Source of the DNA: Lytechinus pictus | Taxonomy: Eukaryota | DNA: 64,000 nt | Assembly: GCF_037042905.1 (NCBI RefSeq) | Contig: NC_087245.1 | Location: forward strand, 26,600,001 to 26,664,000 | Direction of reading: 5' to 3' | Shown here: in pieces, positions 37,897-51,353 of the stretch | Layout: each line of letters opens with the position of its first letter | How positions within the stretch are numbered: the first letter of the stretch is position 1 | The notes under the pieces: model-generated | Seen by the model: only the letters and a program-made list of their open reading frames with translations | Told to the model about the DNA's origin: nothing | Databases searched by the model: none | Position numbers and translations under genes: made by a program

Positions 37897-40351
37897 ATAA
37901 GGCCTAAATGATTCGGCAAATCAACGAGATAAATTTTTATTGTATATTGATGTAATAATTATTCTCAATGGACGCTCCTTGCTGCCAAAATGTTAATACA
38001 CTTTAAAAACACTGTTTGATTTTTTAAGCACGTTGTTTAAGCCCGGCACTCTAACAACTATTGTTTAAAAATTTTAAACAACTGTTTAAACTTTTAAAAC
38101 AAGTTGTTTGAAAAGTTTAAACAATTACAAACAAAATAGCCGACATCTATTTGCTAGAATAAGGTCTATCGTTGCCTTAAACCATCCTAGTTTAAGATTT
38201 TACGAGCGAGGATAGTGAGCGAGAAAATTTATTTTTAAACATACGATAACAATCAAGCAAGCTGTTTATGATTTGCATTCCGATATCATGATTTTTAATT
38301 CCTAAAATATAATCACATTTACAAAAAAAAATGTAAGCATTGGATGAATTCTTAAGCAATGTTTACATTTTTTACGTCTGAAATTTTGCGGTGGGGACAA
38401 AGTAAAAACTTCAAGTTGGTCCCAAAACACATTATTGGTGGTTTTACTTCATGAAACAACCATAATTGTTTGCCAGATTTTTTCTTGAGAATATAGATAT
38501 TGGCTTTTGAGTGACATTACTTTCCGAAGCTCTGCTTTTTCGGAGGTATTCCGTCTTTCTTGTTCACTCACATAATTTACCACATGCATTACATTTCCCA
38601 TGTTATTTTGTATGACGTGTCCTATATTATTTTACCAATATTAAAGCAACTTCTGTTCATACATGTGGCCTCATACTTGCATGTGCCATATATATGCCAC
38701 AAAGCAATATGTTCAGTATATACTGCACGCACGTATCCATGTTAAGTCAAACAAAAAAGTTGAAATTTAACACGAACTTGTTGAAGAGATGAAAGCACTA
38801 TATAGCGTACCGGGGGGGGGGGGGGCAGAGTGCCCCTGACACTGAGAATTGCGGTGTTTTTTTTTTCAGTGCTCGTTTAAATGATAAACAGGGGACCTAT
38901 CCCTGTTTAGCCGGCCATCGTGGATGTTGAATCGTGTGCTTTATAAAGTATTCAATTATTATAATGATCGTTTTTAATGACGAATTTACTCACCTCGCGA
39001 ATGGAAGTCATCATGTTTTCCTCATTTATTGTTAAATCTTTTCCTTTTGATCCTCACATGCACGGATGTAAAGTTTAGTATCCGCATTCACACGATTCGA
39101 TAAAAGTAGGCCTATATACTAAGCGATATCATTAAGCGTTATTTTGCTCACAAAGTTATACTTTTTACGACAGATTTCACATTTCCAATGGAAAATGTTA
39201 ATCGAAGTGAATTACAGATACAAATAAATTGATCATGAACTCGTAGACTTAGAGCATATTAGATGTCGCGAGGGAACTATTAGCTCGACTTTATTTAAGC
39301 ACAGAAACCAAAATTGAAACGCGAAACGTTAGCACAATCAAACTTAAATAGTCATCATCATGCAGAATGACTGTTTCAAAAACGATCATGACGATAGAAG
39401 CAGAGAAATGAAATACAGGTATGAAGCGATAACGACTCTCTCAGAACAAAATAATGTCAGGTAGAACCTTCCGAGGATGAATCGTATACCAGAAGATATA
39501 ACCGGTCCAAAGAGTCAAGCTATCATAATAATACCTGAGTCATAATACAACAACAATATTTTACAATAACGTGCTCCGTGTTCATACAAAGAACTCTAAA
39601 TTTGGGCACAGACTTAAGCAAACACACCTCTTTTGACACTCCCATACATGTTAGAATAGGTATATACAAAAGGCTGAGAGTCCTGTTGGCGCTTGGTTTG
39701 CTCAGAGCCAGACTTTTCTATTGTCATGAACTTGCCCTCGAATAATTAATTCTTCGTCGTTTTCATAATTTGTCATGATTCAAAACATTACTCACTCAGC
39801 TATTTGGCCATGAATTTTGAATATAACATTAGTTTCACAATTATATATATATTTCATGCAAGGTCTCCTTTAAAAATATTGATTTCTAAAATATCACAAA
39901 TTATTATTGGTCCACCTGCGTGTTGTAACCTTGTCCGTTTCTTCATATGCCAATTAAATTAATGGAAGCAGGAACGGATACAGGGCAAAAGGGAAGTCTC
40001 TCCCCTCCTTCGCCACACTGAGTTGTACGTGATTGGTAAATGAAGGTTAGTGCCTCTTCTCGTACACACGTTTGGAAGTCAATCAAGGTGGTCCCTTTTG
40101 CAGTGTAGATTTGAAGAAGAAAAAATAGTTGTCAAATTATTTTGATATACGTGTATCTCACAAATGATTTTTACATTGGCCGAGGCGTACTGATTGAAAA
40201 AAAAAATCATTTTCAGCCAAAGGACTATTCTCACACATATACTGCTACAATGCGAGTGCGAAGCACTAGCTGCATAACTGAACTGAAAAGTTAACATTTT
40301 GAGAGTTGTTCTCACCGAAAATACTTGTTCGAGCTGAAATTTAGGCCTATA

Positions 40352-41163
40352 CAAAGGGCGGATCCAGCTTCCGCCAATGGGGGGGGGGGGGGGGGGGGGG
40401 GCGGTCACCAATATTTTCCCTATCGACCACTCAAATCTGAAAACTGGATATTTTAAGCATTTTTGTATATATGAATAGGATGTATGGGTTAATATATTTT
40501 TAACAATTAATGTGAGCGCAAATCTCGAACCGACATTTTTTTTTATAAACTGTCATGAAAAGGGAGATTTTAAATAGTTTGTTATAGAATTAATATAAGG
40601 ATATAAACAACTCACCAATCAAAATGCGAGCGCTCAGCGCTAGCTGATAGGTTTTGACAGTCAGACCTAAAAAGAGATATGTTGAGAATTTATGAAATAC
40701 ACGACGACTAGAGAAGAGGTACTTGACAAATATAGCGAGCGCGCAGCGCGAACTGATAATGTTGATATTTAGACCATAAAACGGACATTTTAGCTGCACT
40801 TAAAAAAAATAATAAATTTTTTAAACAAACAAAATAATGAAATCTTGATGTCCGAGGTGAAATATGTTTTGTATGTTGATTTCAAAACTTGATTTTTAAA
40901 GCTCCATATCAGCCTATTGAGCAAGATATGTATCTCAGACATCGAACATGCAATGCAAGCGCGAGCGAAAATTTTATATAGTGATATGAAAGATTCTTTT
41001 TTGTGTTAGTATTTTCCAAGTCTTCCCCTTACCTTATTTCATTCACTCTTCTTCATCCTCTATTTTCCTCTTCTTTTTTATCTTCTATTTTCCCTTTTTT
41101 CTTTTGTTTGCTCCGCAATAAGGGGGGGGGGGGCGGGCCCCTCACCCCCTGGATCCGCCTATG
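40352..41163. mobile_element. hAT-like MITE (GGCGGATCCAG termini); related copy starts at 62976
   Basis: GGGCGGATCCAG ... CTGGATCCGCCTATG; internal GCGAGCGCNNNGCGCGAG motifs. Confidence 0.75.
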
Positions 41164-42232
41164 CATATAGGAAATTATAACATGCGCGATTCCATACGTT
41201 TTGTAAGGGACATTTCGACAACAGTTTCTACCCTGTAAGCTGAATGCTTGAGCAATACAATTGTCTTTTTGTTCATGATAAAGATATACTGTATATCTAG
41301 TTGGAAGTTATATGAAAAACTGATAACCAACGAAAAATGTTTGGTAATGGGTCAATTAAAGGTGAAACTTTACAGTTGTATGTCGCCCCGGTGTGTCGTA
41401 GGGGACTCGGAAATGTCCCGTACGACACGCGACATTTTCTCCTCTATCTAATTTACCCATGAACAGCATATTTTTGTCGGTTGCCTTTTTTTTACATGAC
41501 TATACCCAGTAGTTCTTTATTATTACCACAAAACAAAGTCCCTTGTCTGTTTGAACAGAAGGTTGAAAAATGTTGTGAAAATTGCTCATTTTTCTAGCAT
41601 TGTATGTGCGGTACGGGGGCGGATCATTCCAGCTTTCGCCAATATCGGGGGGGGGGGGCGAAAAAATATATAACTTAATCATTACTGCGGATCGCGAAGC
41701 GCGAGCATAATTTTGTTTTAATATACGTTGTGGCCTGATAGAGGAGGGACCTGGTTGCAGTTAGATATTCATATTTTAACAATCAAATAATGCGAGCCCG
41801 AAGCACGAGCTGAAAATTGTTGACATTCCGACCTAATAAATGGACATTCTAAGCACTTTTTGTAATCATTTTGATTAACAAGATAGGTATATTACTGAAT
41901 TTCTCATTCCTTCTCATTCTCCACCTCATCCTCCTTCTTCTGCAACTGGCGTAAATCTGGTCCGAGCAGTGGGGGGAATGACAGCAATATATTGACCTGA
42001 TCATTTTTGGGACACACCAAGGGCTATTATGTGACCGTGTATATAACTTTTTTTTTTGTCGATGGCTATATTGTAATGAGTTTGTTGTGAGACAAAATGG
42101 TGTCCAAAGGCCAGCCCCCTTTCAAGTGGTGTGTAATTATCACATCCGTCTATACTTCAAACGTGTATACAATATACTGCATCTTTCAGTGAAAGGTTTA
42201 CTAGTATCACGATTTTACTGTCAGCCCATTAA

Positions 42233-42836
42233 AGGACAAGTCCACCCCAACAAAAAGTTGATTTGAAAAAAAGGAGAAAAATCCAAGAAGCAAAATGCTG
42301 AAAATTTTATCAAAATCGGGTGTAAAATAAGAAAGTTATGACATTTTAAAGTTTCGCTTAATTTCACAAAACAGTTATATGCACATCATGGTCGGTGTGC
42401 AAATTGGCAGACTGATGACGTCACCCACTCACTATTTCTTTTGTATTTTATTATATGAAATATGAAATATTCTATTTTTCTCCTCCTTGTCAAGTGAAAC
42501 AAAGTTTATTTTCTCCATGAACATGTGCAATTACCATTATTTTAGCAGTTTATGGTTAAGTTAAGTTGGTCCTTATTGTCAAATCTGTAAAATTTGAGAT
42601 ATTGTATTATTCAAACAATAAAAAACAAAAGAAATAGTGAGTGATGGACATCATCGACTCTCTCATTTGCATATCGCTGAGTTGCGCATTAAACTGTTTT
42701 GTGAAAAATAAGCAAAACTTAAAAATGTCATAACTTTCTTATTTTACATCCGATTTCGATGAAATTTGCAGCGTTATGTTTGTTTGATTTTTCTTTATCG
42801 ATTCGAATCAAAAATTTTCTGGGGTGGACTTGACCT
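42233..42836. mobile_element. Kolobok-like MITE (TTAA TSD)
   Basis: TTAA|AGGACAAGTCCACCCC ... GGGGTGGACTTGACCT|TTAA. Confidence 0.9.
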
Positions 42837-43879
42837 TTAAAGGTCTATCACGATTTTTGTTTTGATGGCTATATTGTAATATCCTGTTGGGATATAAAAT
42901 AATGAATTACAGTAAATATCGATGAGCGAGCAAACCTTTAATAGTTGAAAGACAGAATGAAGACCAAATCGTATTTCAGGGATGTGTAATTATTGGAGAA
43001 ATGGCAAGTGAGCGTAGTGAGCGAGCCATGAAAAAGTTGCTTCAGTCATTTAAAATGATACAAAGGATGATAGAGTTCGCAATATATTTATAAGAAAAGG
43101 AAACAGAAATATAAAGAGCAAGTAAGGATTAAACAGTCATTATTTTGTTCAATCAAGACTCATTTGCTCACTGGTTAAAGGTGAGATGAAAATGAAAAAA
43201 AAAGGATTAAGTGATTATCAGGATTAAGGGCCTTATGAAATGGTTAAAGGCCATCACTGGCCACAATTCAACTTCTAAAAATGTGAAAATAGCACAATGA
43301 TGCAAATTTGAAGGAAGCCTATCTCAGAAAGGAAAGATTCCAAATAATAATTATTATATTTCTAGGAGATGATGCAACATTGAAAATTTTGAACAAAATT
43401 CATGTTTGAAATATTTATTAGATCGTTATGGAATTAATGTGTTTTAAAGTCTCCTATATAAATAAATGAAATTTTGTGTGCGAAATAGGCCTATTGCTAT
43501 CCTAATGCTGTTTTAAGATAATTCTGACCCCCCCCCCCCCGCCATTCACGCCAGTGTATTCAAAGGATATTTTGATTGGTTCATGATTAAAGTTTAGACC
43601 ATATTTTTAAAAAGTCATCATCATCATTATATTATCATCTGCTATAATCTTCAAAGGGCTCTGAAGCCTAGCTATCTCGAAGCTAGATGAGTATACAATT
43701 CATATGACGTATACATAAACATAAATCCCAATTTAAGCACTATAATAAGCTTTGACTGCATTCAAAGATTAACAGTACACTAACCATTTAATGATTATAT
43801 AAAAAATATCGTTTCTGACTTTCTGTCTTGAAAAGTTGGGGGATACATCGCCCTTATTGCCCCTTATTGTCTTCCCCTC

Positions 43880-43990
43880 CCTCTGCATGCGCCGCGCCGC
43901 CAAGGGGGACCGCCTAGCGCGCGCTCTAGCCTAATGATCTATATTTAACCACAGACGTCGTCTTTGCTTGCCTGACGAAAGCAAGCTCTT
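43880..43990 (+). promoter_or_regulatory. CpG-rich proximal promoter candidate of the Rab20-like gene
   Basis: GCGCCGCGCCGC..CTAGCGCGCGCTCTAG cluster 100-200 bp upstream of the ATG at 44090. Confidence 0.5.
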
Positions 43991-44089
43991 TCACTGTTTT
44001 TATGGTATACCTGTTTTTATTTCCATCATCACTTTCAGCAAGATGATTAGAGCTGTTCTTTCTTACCGTTGCTTCATTTTGAACTGATC

Positions 44090-44118
44090 ATGGCTGCAGC
44101 AGTAGAAAAGAAAAAAGC
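44090..44118 (+). CDS. RAB20: Rab20-like GTPase, exon 1
   Basis: ATCATGG context; MAAAVEKKK + GC|gtgagt; phase 2 matches the exon at 47036. Confidence 0.75.
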
Positions 44119-45819
44119 GTGAGTTATTCGCAGATTCACAAAAATGATTAGCGTCTGTAATTGTGACACCATCAGTCCCATACACTGGGATTCATGTGTC
44201 GCATGGCAGGATATTGAGTCGTGAATCTGTGAGCTGTGTTATTTTTTGAGCAAATAAAATCAATACTAACTTACTAGACAACAAGATCTGATCCTGAAGT
44301 CCTGCCCCAAATTGCTCAAAGGGAAACAATGAGTAACTTAGATTTATTGAGTAGACAGGGGTAAAATACTTGTTTTAATTTTGATCATTGAATGAGTGGC
44401 TCATGATTGATGTTGATAAAAATTTCAAGAGCCATTTTCTGTTTTCTAGAGCCATTCTTTTTTTTCAGGATTCAGAGCATACATGTAGTTTTGCAATGAA
44501 GTTTGTCCTGCTTGTTTACAAATTAATTTCATGTTTAATATTGTTTATTTATTTTTTCTTCATTATTCTTAATCAGATCTAAGTAAATTGGGCCCATTTG
44601 ATTTATTGTTGATTGTTTCCGGGATTTTTCATGTTTATTTTTTGTAAGTAATAACTTAACCTTAAGTCTAACTTAAAATCGTCCATTGGTATAATTTAAC
44701 GAAGGATGAGGTTTATCATACTACTCTAGGATTGGAACTTGAACTTTGAAGGAATCTTTTTCATAATTTTCAATTTCTTGATAAACTGCTCACTTGAAAG
44801 TTGAAAATAATTTTTTGAATAATTCAATGGATTGCCATCTGATAAATTTAACATGTCAACTTATTTCACATTCTGCGCCAGCACAGTCAATCACTGCAAC
44901 ATAATTTCGCCCTTGAAATTGTATCCGCGCCATATTTCCAAAATATGCAGCGGTTATTTCAGATTTAAGGAGCTAGGTCACAAAAAAATGCGCTGAAAAT
45001 GAAAAAAATCTGTGGGTTTTTTCAGAGTTTGTGAATTTAGGATGGTATCTTCAAAATGAAAAATCCAAAACACAATACGAAAAACTCAACCACATTGAAT
45101 TTGCATGGAAAATTTTCTGTACATCAAAGTTACAGCGAGATCTGGTGCCATTGTACCTCAGGCGATGGTTCGTGTAGGCTCCACTACACTTCAACACCTA
45201 CCCAAACCCTCGGGCAACAAATAATACTCACTCTAAAAAACCAGTGACAAACTGTGTTACTTTTTGGTATTAAAGAAAGGCAACACGTCATGTAAAAAAA
45301 AGACATTAAGCATAGGCCTACTCTACAGTGACTAAACCTACTCTCGGACACAGACTTACTCCTTGCCTTTTCTTGTAAATGTCTCCAAATCAGTGATTTG
45401 AAGCAGGTTCCCAGTTCCCCACATGTATTAATTCACTGCGGCATCCAAAATGGTGAACGCGAATTGAGCGCGTGTCATGTGTGTTTGATTTTTTTTCTCT
45501 TGTTATTCAAATCAACTTTTTGCTGGGTCGGGCGTATCCAATAAAGACAGATCTAACTTCTACCAAAACTATGTTACAAAAGTGCTTGTACCTCTATTTT
45601 CTTGGTTGTTCGCAGGACTACGTCTTGACAGTTGAAATCCATCTGTTTGGAGGAGCTTTTAAAACATTTACATGTATATGAATTTTGGGGGGCTTCTCCT
45701 ACACAGACAGCTAGCCATTTTACAAACAGTGTGATGACACGGACCTATCCCCCTTTGGCTTGAACAATGTATTATTGCCCCAAAATAGGGGTCTATAATT
45801 TGTTATGATTGTTACAAAT

Positions 45820-46162
45820 TTAATAATAGATAATAGTAACATTTATATAGCACTTATCACTTTGTGTCTCTAAGTGCTTTACATACATATGATTACCCCG
45901 GTCACCAGATCCTGGCACGCCCACACACAATATATGCACTTTCTCCACTCTCCGGGGAGCATTCCAACAAGAGTTATAACACTCAATTGCTAGGCATACC
46001 CCATAGGCTTTCGCTCCAGGTACCCATTTAACACTTGGGTGGAGAGTGGCAAAGTGTTGATTAATGCCTTGCCAAAGGACGCTAGGCCATGATGGGATTG
46101 AAACACACGACCCTCTGATTTCAAGGTGAGAGTCAGAACCACTACACCATGACGCTTCCACA
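45820..46162 (-). mobile_element. tRNA-derived SINE
   Basis: Minus strand has an A box-like TGGTGTAGTGG, a B box-like GTTTCAATCC, a CTCCACCCAAGTGTTAAATGGGTACC core and an (ATT)-type tail. Confidence 0.85.
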
Positions 46163-46334
46163 TCAAGATGGTATTTATTACGATATTCTGATTATTTTCA
46201 GAACTTTGGTAATCTATAGACTTATACTTAATAGTCTAAGAATAATGTTGTTTTATCGGTAAAAATCAAGATTTAATTTTTGGGCATGCCATAGGTTCCC
46301 AGTATAGAAGAATGTAAGAATTACTTCAGTCTAT

Positions 46335-46785
46335 GGAGGAGGTGTAGTGAAGCAAGACATACATGTAGTCCAATGGAATAGTCCGACGAAACAGAGACTG
46401 ATGATGTTTGAAGGTTTGCCTGGTGGTATGAACAATCGCGGAAGAGGGTTACTGTACACCATGTGTAAAGTCCTGGAAGGACTCAGATAAGAAAAGTGGA
46501 TAGAATTGGAGGTGAATTGGACAGGCGAGAAAGTGGAGGTTTGAAAGTAGAGTATTCTTTTCAAAATGAGTGTAGTCCTTAAAAGGACTGTAAACCAGAA
46601 GGAGTGGAAAGCTGATATATTAGGCAGGCTTGTGTAGAAGGCTTGAGTGTATGAGAGAAGGCTGGCTTGAGTCGGCGATTAGAGTGGTAGCAGGAGCAAA
46701 GAGAATAGACTCTATGTTTCGGGCAGGTTGACTGTCCTTCTTCAGGAGACTGAAGCTTTTGGTCTAGCCTCACTACACCTCCTCC
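46335..46785 (-). mobile_element. Penelope-like retroelement remnant with inverted ends
   Basis: 24-bp inverted repeat GGAGGAGGTGTAGTGA(A/G)GC(A/T)AGAC at both ends, plus a CTGAAGA..GAAAC hammerhead-type motif. Confidence 0.55.
46707..46751 (-). ncRNA. Minimal type I hammerhead ribozyme-like motif (probably degenerate)
   Basis: Minus strand AGTCTC-CTGAAGA-A-GGACAG-TCAAC-CTGCCC-GAAA-CATA-GAGTCT: core CUGAnGA and GAAA, imperfect stems I and II. Confidence 0.5.
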
Positions 46786-47035
46786 AGGATTAAAAAAAAA
46801 AACTGTCTAAAAACTCCAAACAGACCGCTTTCAGCTGTCTAAATCTAAAATTAAATCCTATGACGATATAGGTCAAAGGGTTTTGCCAACTAACGTTACC
46901 GGTACATCATGGTTCCCAACTTTATCAAAATCATATCTGTATAATGTACAAACTTCAGTGGACTTTTACATTTAAAATTGACCTAACATATGAATTCATT
47001 TTCTATTTTAATGTCTTTCCTGTATATCAAACCAG

Positions 47036-47129
47036 TGATGTGAAGATTGTCATTGTTGGTGATGCCACAGTTGGGAAAACAACTTTTATTCGACGATATA
47101 TGGATGGAGTTTTCACAGACAATCCTGGT
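47036..47129 (+). CDS. RAB20: Rab20-like GTPase, exon 2 (P-loop)
   Basis: accag|T...GGT|gtaagt; DVKIVIVGDATVGKTTFIRRYMDGVFTDNPG. Confidence 0.92.
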
Positions 47130-47568
47130 GTAAGTATGCCTGTTTCTAATTAATTGCTACAAATGAACCATCAACATTTAGTTTTTTCTCGAGGTCCACT
47201 CTTAAAATCCTTGATTTGATTGAATATATAAAAATCAAACAAACAAGCTTAAACCCTGACCTAAATAAAAGTAATAAAAGTCTAATGTAGAATAAAAAGA
47301 TGTGGCATTTGATTTTTCACTTAGAATTACAAAACAGTTTGCTTATCCTGGTACTTCATACATGTATATAAAATATGTTTGTGTTTCTTACTAATATTAT
47401 TGTGTGAAACAGTATTTCATTCCTCCATGAAAATGTGATATTTCCATTGCCATAACCTAGAATGAAAAAAAAATGAGTGATAAAAGATGAATTATAATGC
47501 TTAATGCTTACTCATGTTTGAAAACTAAATTCTGTATTTTCTTCCTGCTTCTTGGTTTACCATTACAG

Positions 47569-47628
47569 CAAACTGTTGGGGCATGTTTCTTTCTGAAACA
47601 ATGGGGGAACTGCAATATAGCCTTATGG
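47569..47628 (+). CDS. RAB20: Rab20-like GTPase, exon 3
   Basis: ttacag|CAA...TGG|gtaagt; QTVGACFFLKQWGNCNIALW matches the Rab20-type short interswitch (F-x-LKQW...N-I-x-x-W). Confidence 0.92.
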
Positions 47629-47919
47629 GTAAGTGTACTGTAATAAGTTCAAGTGTCGATAATTCAATGTTGGATTAGAGTTAAAAAAGGTTTGACAGTA
47701 TCTTGCACACATCTATCATGCAGTTACCTGCAGAAGCGCAAGCAAGTCAGATTTGCACGCAGAAAAGTTTTGGACATGCTCAAAACTCTGTTGCTGGGGA
47801 GTTTCAGGCAATCACCCGCAAGGTTTGCATGGAACGATGTGACAGGGCCTTTAGCATTGAACAACAATGTATTGCCATAGTCTAAACAAGAAATAATGTA
47901 TAAATCTATAACAGATTAA

Positions 47920-48500
47920 AGGAAAATGAAACCCTTGAAACCAGCTGAATCCATATCAAAGAGAAAAATCAAAGAAACATATTGTTGAAAGTTTGAGGAA
48001 GATTGAATGAATAATAAGAAAGTTATGAGCATTTGAATGTCGAGATCACTAATGCCATGTAGATCCTCCCATTGGCGATGCAACCAAGATCTGTGATGTC
48101 ACACACGTACAACTCCCTCATTACTTTAGTACTTATTTCACTTATATTCTCACTTTTATAGAGTCTATCACAAGGTGAGGTGTTCTCTTTATGAGAGGAT
48201 AAGTACAGAGGTTTCACAACATTATATCATTGATGAATCGTTTGTCATATGATTAGAATGAGCAAAAAGATATGTTTTGGGGTGTATTTTCAGTGTCCAA
48301 AAGGGGAGAGTTGTTCATCTGTGACATCATAGATCTTGGTTGCATTGCCAATGGGAGGATCTCCATAGCATTAGTGATCTCGACATTCAAATGCTCATAA
48401 CTCTTCTATTGCTAGTCCTATTTTACTCAAACTTTTGTTTATCTTATTTGATTTTTCTGCTTTCACAAAAGCTTACTTGCTCCAAGAGTTTCATTCTCCT
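47920..48500. mobile_element. Kolobok-like fold-back MITE (TTAA TSD)
   Basis: TTAA|AGGAAAATGAAAC ... GTTTCATTCTCCT|TTAA; ~80-bp near-perfect internal inverted repeat (48022-48102 vs 48320-48401). Confidence 0.88.
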
Positions 48501-48789
48501 TTAAGTTGCTTTTGCGGTCATGGATTTTCTAACGCTATTAATATTACAAATTTGGAAATACAAATTTCTACATGTCAAATTCACATGGAAGCCATTGAGA
48601 TCTCAGAATCAAATTGAACCCAAGGTCCCGTACGCTGGGCTTTGCATCAATAAGAGAGTTACCACCATACAAAGATCAACACTGAATTTTGGACATTTGA
48701 TTACGTGACGTAATGATAAAAAACAATTGAAAAACTGTAATTTATTACAAATCATCCAAGATTTCATTTCTGATGTCAACTACTGGTAA

Positions 48790-49900
48790 TGAATCGTACT
48801 CATCAAGATCTGTAGAAGGGTGAAGGACTAAATCTGAAGATTATAGAGCGTCCTTGAAGGCATCACGATCGATAGATTTGAGCTTCCAATTCCCTTCGAC
48901 TTGGAAAAGGTTTGCGAACTTTCAAGAAGCAATGTAGAGCTGCATGGTCACTAAGATATGTGGTAGCATCCACGGACCTGACAATATTATCACCATCCCT
49001 AGTAAGCACATAGTCTAACGATGTGTGACCATTTGTGTGAGTAGCATCTTGGACATGCTGGACAAGACCAAATAAGTTATCAAGGGTATCAGCAAATCAT
49101 TGAGTATCTGTGTTTGTCTTATCATCCCAGTGGTTATTAAAATCCTCCACATTGAGAAGTCTGTTTAGCATATTAGAGAGCAACTCTGCAAAATCCTGGA
49201 GAAAACTAGACATTGTAACTCCTGTTCCTTTGACTGTATTGCGGTCGATAAATGACAAGGAGCTTAACTGGGACACAGGAATTACCACTGGGCAGGAAGT
49301 CACAACAGAAGTATTCAAAACTGGCATACTTTGACAACTTTGAGGGAAACAGCTAAAAGCGACTCACGATTGAGACTGCCCACTCCATCTCCCTGACGAG
49401 TTGGACGTGGGACATGCTTGAATTCGAAACCAGGAAGTGTCAAATCTCCAATCACCTTCTCATGTCTGTTACCAGATGATAGCAAAGTTTCAGTTAAGCA
49501 AACGATGACCAAGTCGTGTTCAATGAAATGATCAGTTAGTAGATCGACTCTACTGCAGAGTGACTGGGCATTAATAACTCCCAGCTTACAGTTGTATCTA
49601 AGGTCATGTGATGAAAGCCTAATAGTTGTTGGTTCTGACAAACAAGGTACAATTTGATGATTCGGTGAATGGCCGATGTCCAAGTCCCTAGTCCTTTTTT
49701 CGGTCCCCTCTGGTTCTTAATTGTAGGATTCCTACATTGAGTCCCAAGGATTGATAGTGGCCCAAATTTTTTTGGTAAGGTGATGTTTGCAGTTATATGT
49801 ACACACTCTTTAACCAGATCAGCCTTGTAGAACCTGGTCCTGGATTTAATTCAAGTCAATCCAGGGAGATGAATGTTCAGTCCAGCATCACCAGTGATTC
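48790..49900 (-). mobile_element. Decayed CR1/L2-group LINE ORF2 fragment (AP-like endonuclease) in Rab intron 3
   Basis: INAQSL..IVCLTET..GDGVG, (G/E)DFN, HTLDYVLTR and SDH motifs spread over frameshifted minus-strand frames. Confidence 0.8.
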
Positions 49901-50598
49901 GAAGGTGACATTCATAGAGTTCTGGCATATCTGGGAAAAATATTGAGCTTGTTAAATAATTCATCCCAGAGCACATAATACAGGTGACCCCCTGCTCGAA
50001 ATGTGGCTATTATTGCTTGCCTGCACAACCAATCCATTGTTTTGACCACATACACTTTTCACATGTAAATGAATTAAAAAAAAAAGCAGTAATGCCCTGG
50101 AGATATTCTAGTAGAGAACATGAATCTCCATGAAAAACTGCGTAAGGGCCGGGTAGCACCTATGATCCTCCATATATTTAATGTTTGCTCCTGGAGTTTC
50201 TCCTGTTCTCCTGCAGGATCCTCATTGCTACCTTGTCTATCCATGTAGACACCATTCTGTTGGTATGCTATCCACATTGATACTTCAAGAAAATTATCAG
50301 TGTTGCATCCCAGATCACCAGGGATCCACATCAGGGATTATTCATGTTGCGATCCATGAAAGTGTAAAAGCCCCCTTAGACCCTAGCGTGACATATTACA
50401 TACAAAACATACAGCAGCTCTATAGATTAAGAGGATGTTGTACATTCAAATTTATTGCTTTTATTAAATAAAATGTAACTGACACTTTTTGTCATTTTGT
50501 GATTGGATACTCTGGAAAAGTGATATAATTCTGATCTTTGTTTTTTTCCCTCATCTTTAATGTACATTTACTGAATGTTTTATTTTTGAACCATGTAG

Positions 50599-50804
50599 GA
50601 TACAGCTGGGGAGGAACGGTTTTCTGGTCTGAGTTCGTTCTACTGCCGTAATGCATCTGCTGCCATCATAGCCTATGACATCACAAGAAAGAACTCCTTT
50701 GAACTGTTACAGGAGCGTTATATTCCACTCCTTGAATCTGCCAAAGAAGACTGCCTTCTCTGCTTGACAGGAATGAAGAATGACCTTGTCACCAGCAATA
50801 CCAG
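50599..50804 (+). CDS. RAB20: Rab20-like GTPase, exon 4 (G3, G4)
   Basis: tgtag|GAT...CAG|gtagg; DTAGEERFSGLSSFYCRNASAAIIAYDITRKNSFELLQERYIPLLESAKEDCLLCLTGMKNDLVTSNT. Confidence 0.93.
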
Positions 50805-51353
50805 GTAGGAAGGTCTATCTACCTTCATGCTGTTCTGCAAGCACAGAGTCTGAAGTATGAGACTAGATTGGCTCATATGTTGTAAATGCTGTCGGGTCGG
50901 GAGTCCAGTCTCCACCCCAGGCATGATATAATTTGTTGAATTGTCAAATTTGAGTCTGCTTGCAGACTATTCTGATATCAAGTTGGTTTGGATATTATTA
51001 AAAGAAAAGTCATACTTGCATTTCTTTAATTTGCAAAATGTCTGCAGCACTGCCTGCCTTAAGAACGGGTGCAGTTTATAGAACTTTCCATTTTCACTGA
51101 CAGTCAACCAGCAATGCTAGTAAGTTGTGAATTGGTGCAGAGATTTGAGGTTCTAGCTCTGGTCATGTCTTTCTGATGGTGAGGTTAAAGGTCGGTCCCA
51201 AACATAAACAATCATATCTCCCTGATTCACGAGTGCAAAAACTCAATCACATGCTTGTTAAGCCTATTTTAATTACAGAATTTGGTAGTCTATAGATTAA
51301 ACTGATAGTACTGTGAGATTTGATTGTTCTGTTTTTTTTTCATTTTACTACAG

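Noticed and set aside
46080..46162. tRNA gene
   Set aside because: A/B boxes continue into a SINE body and tail; no convincing acceptor stem.
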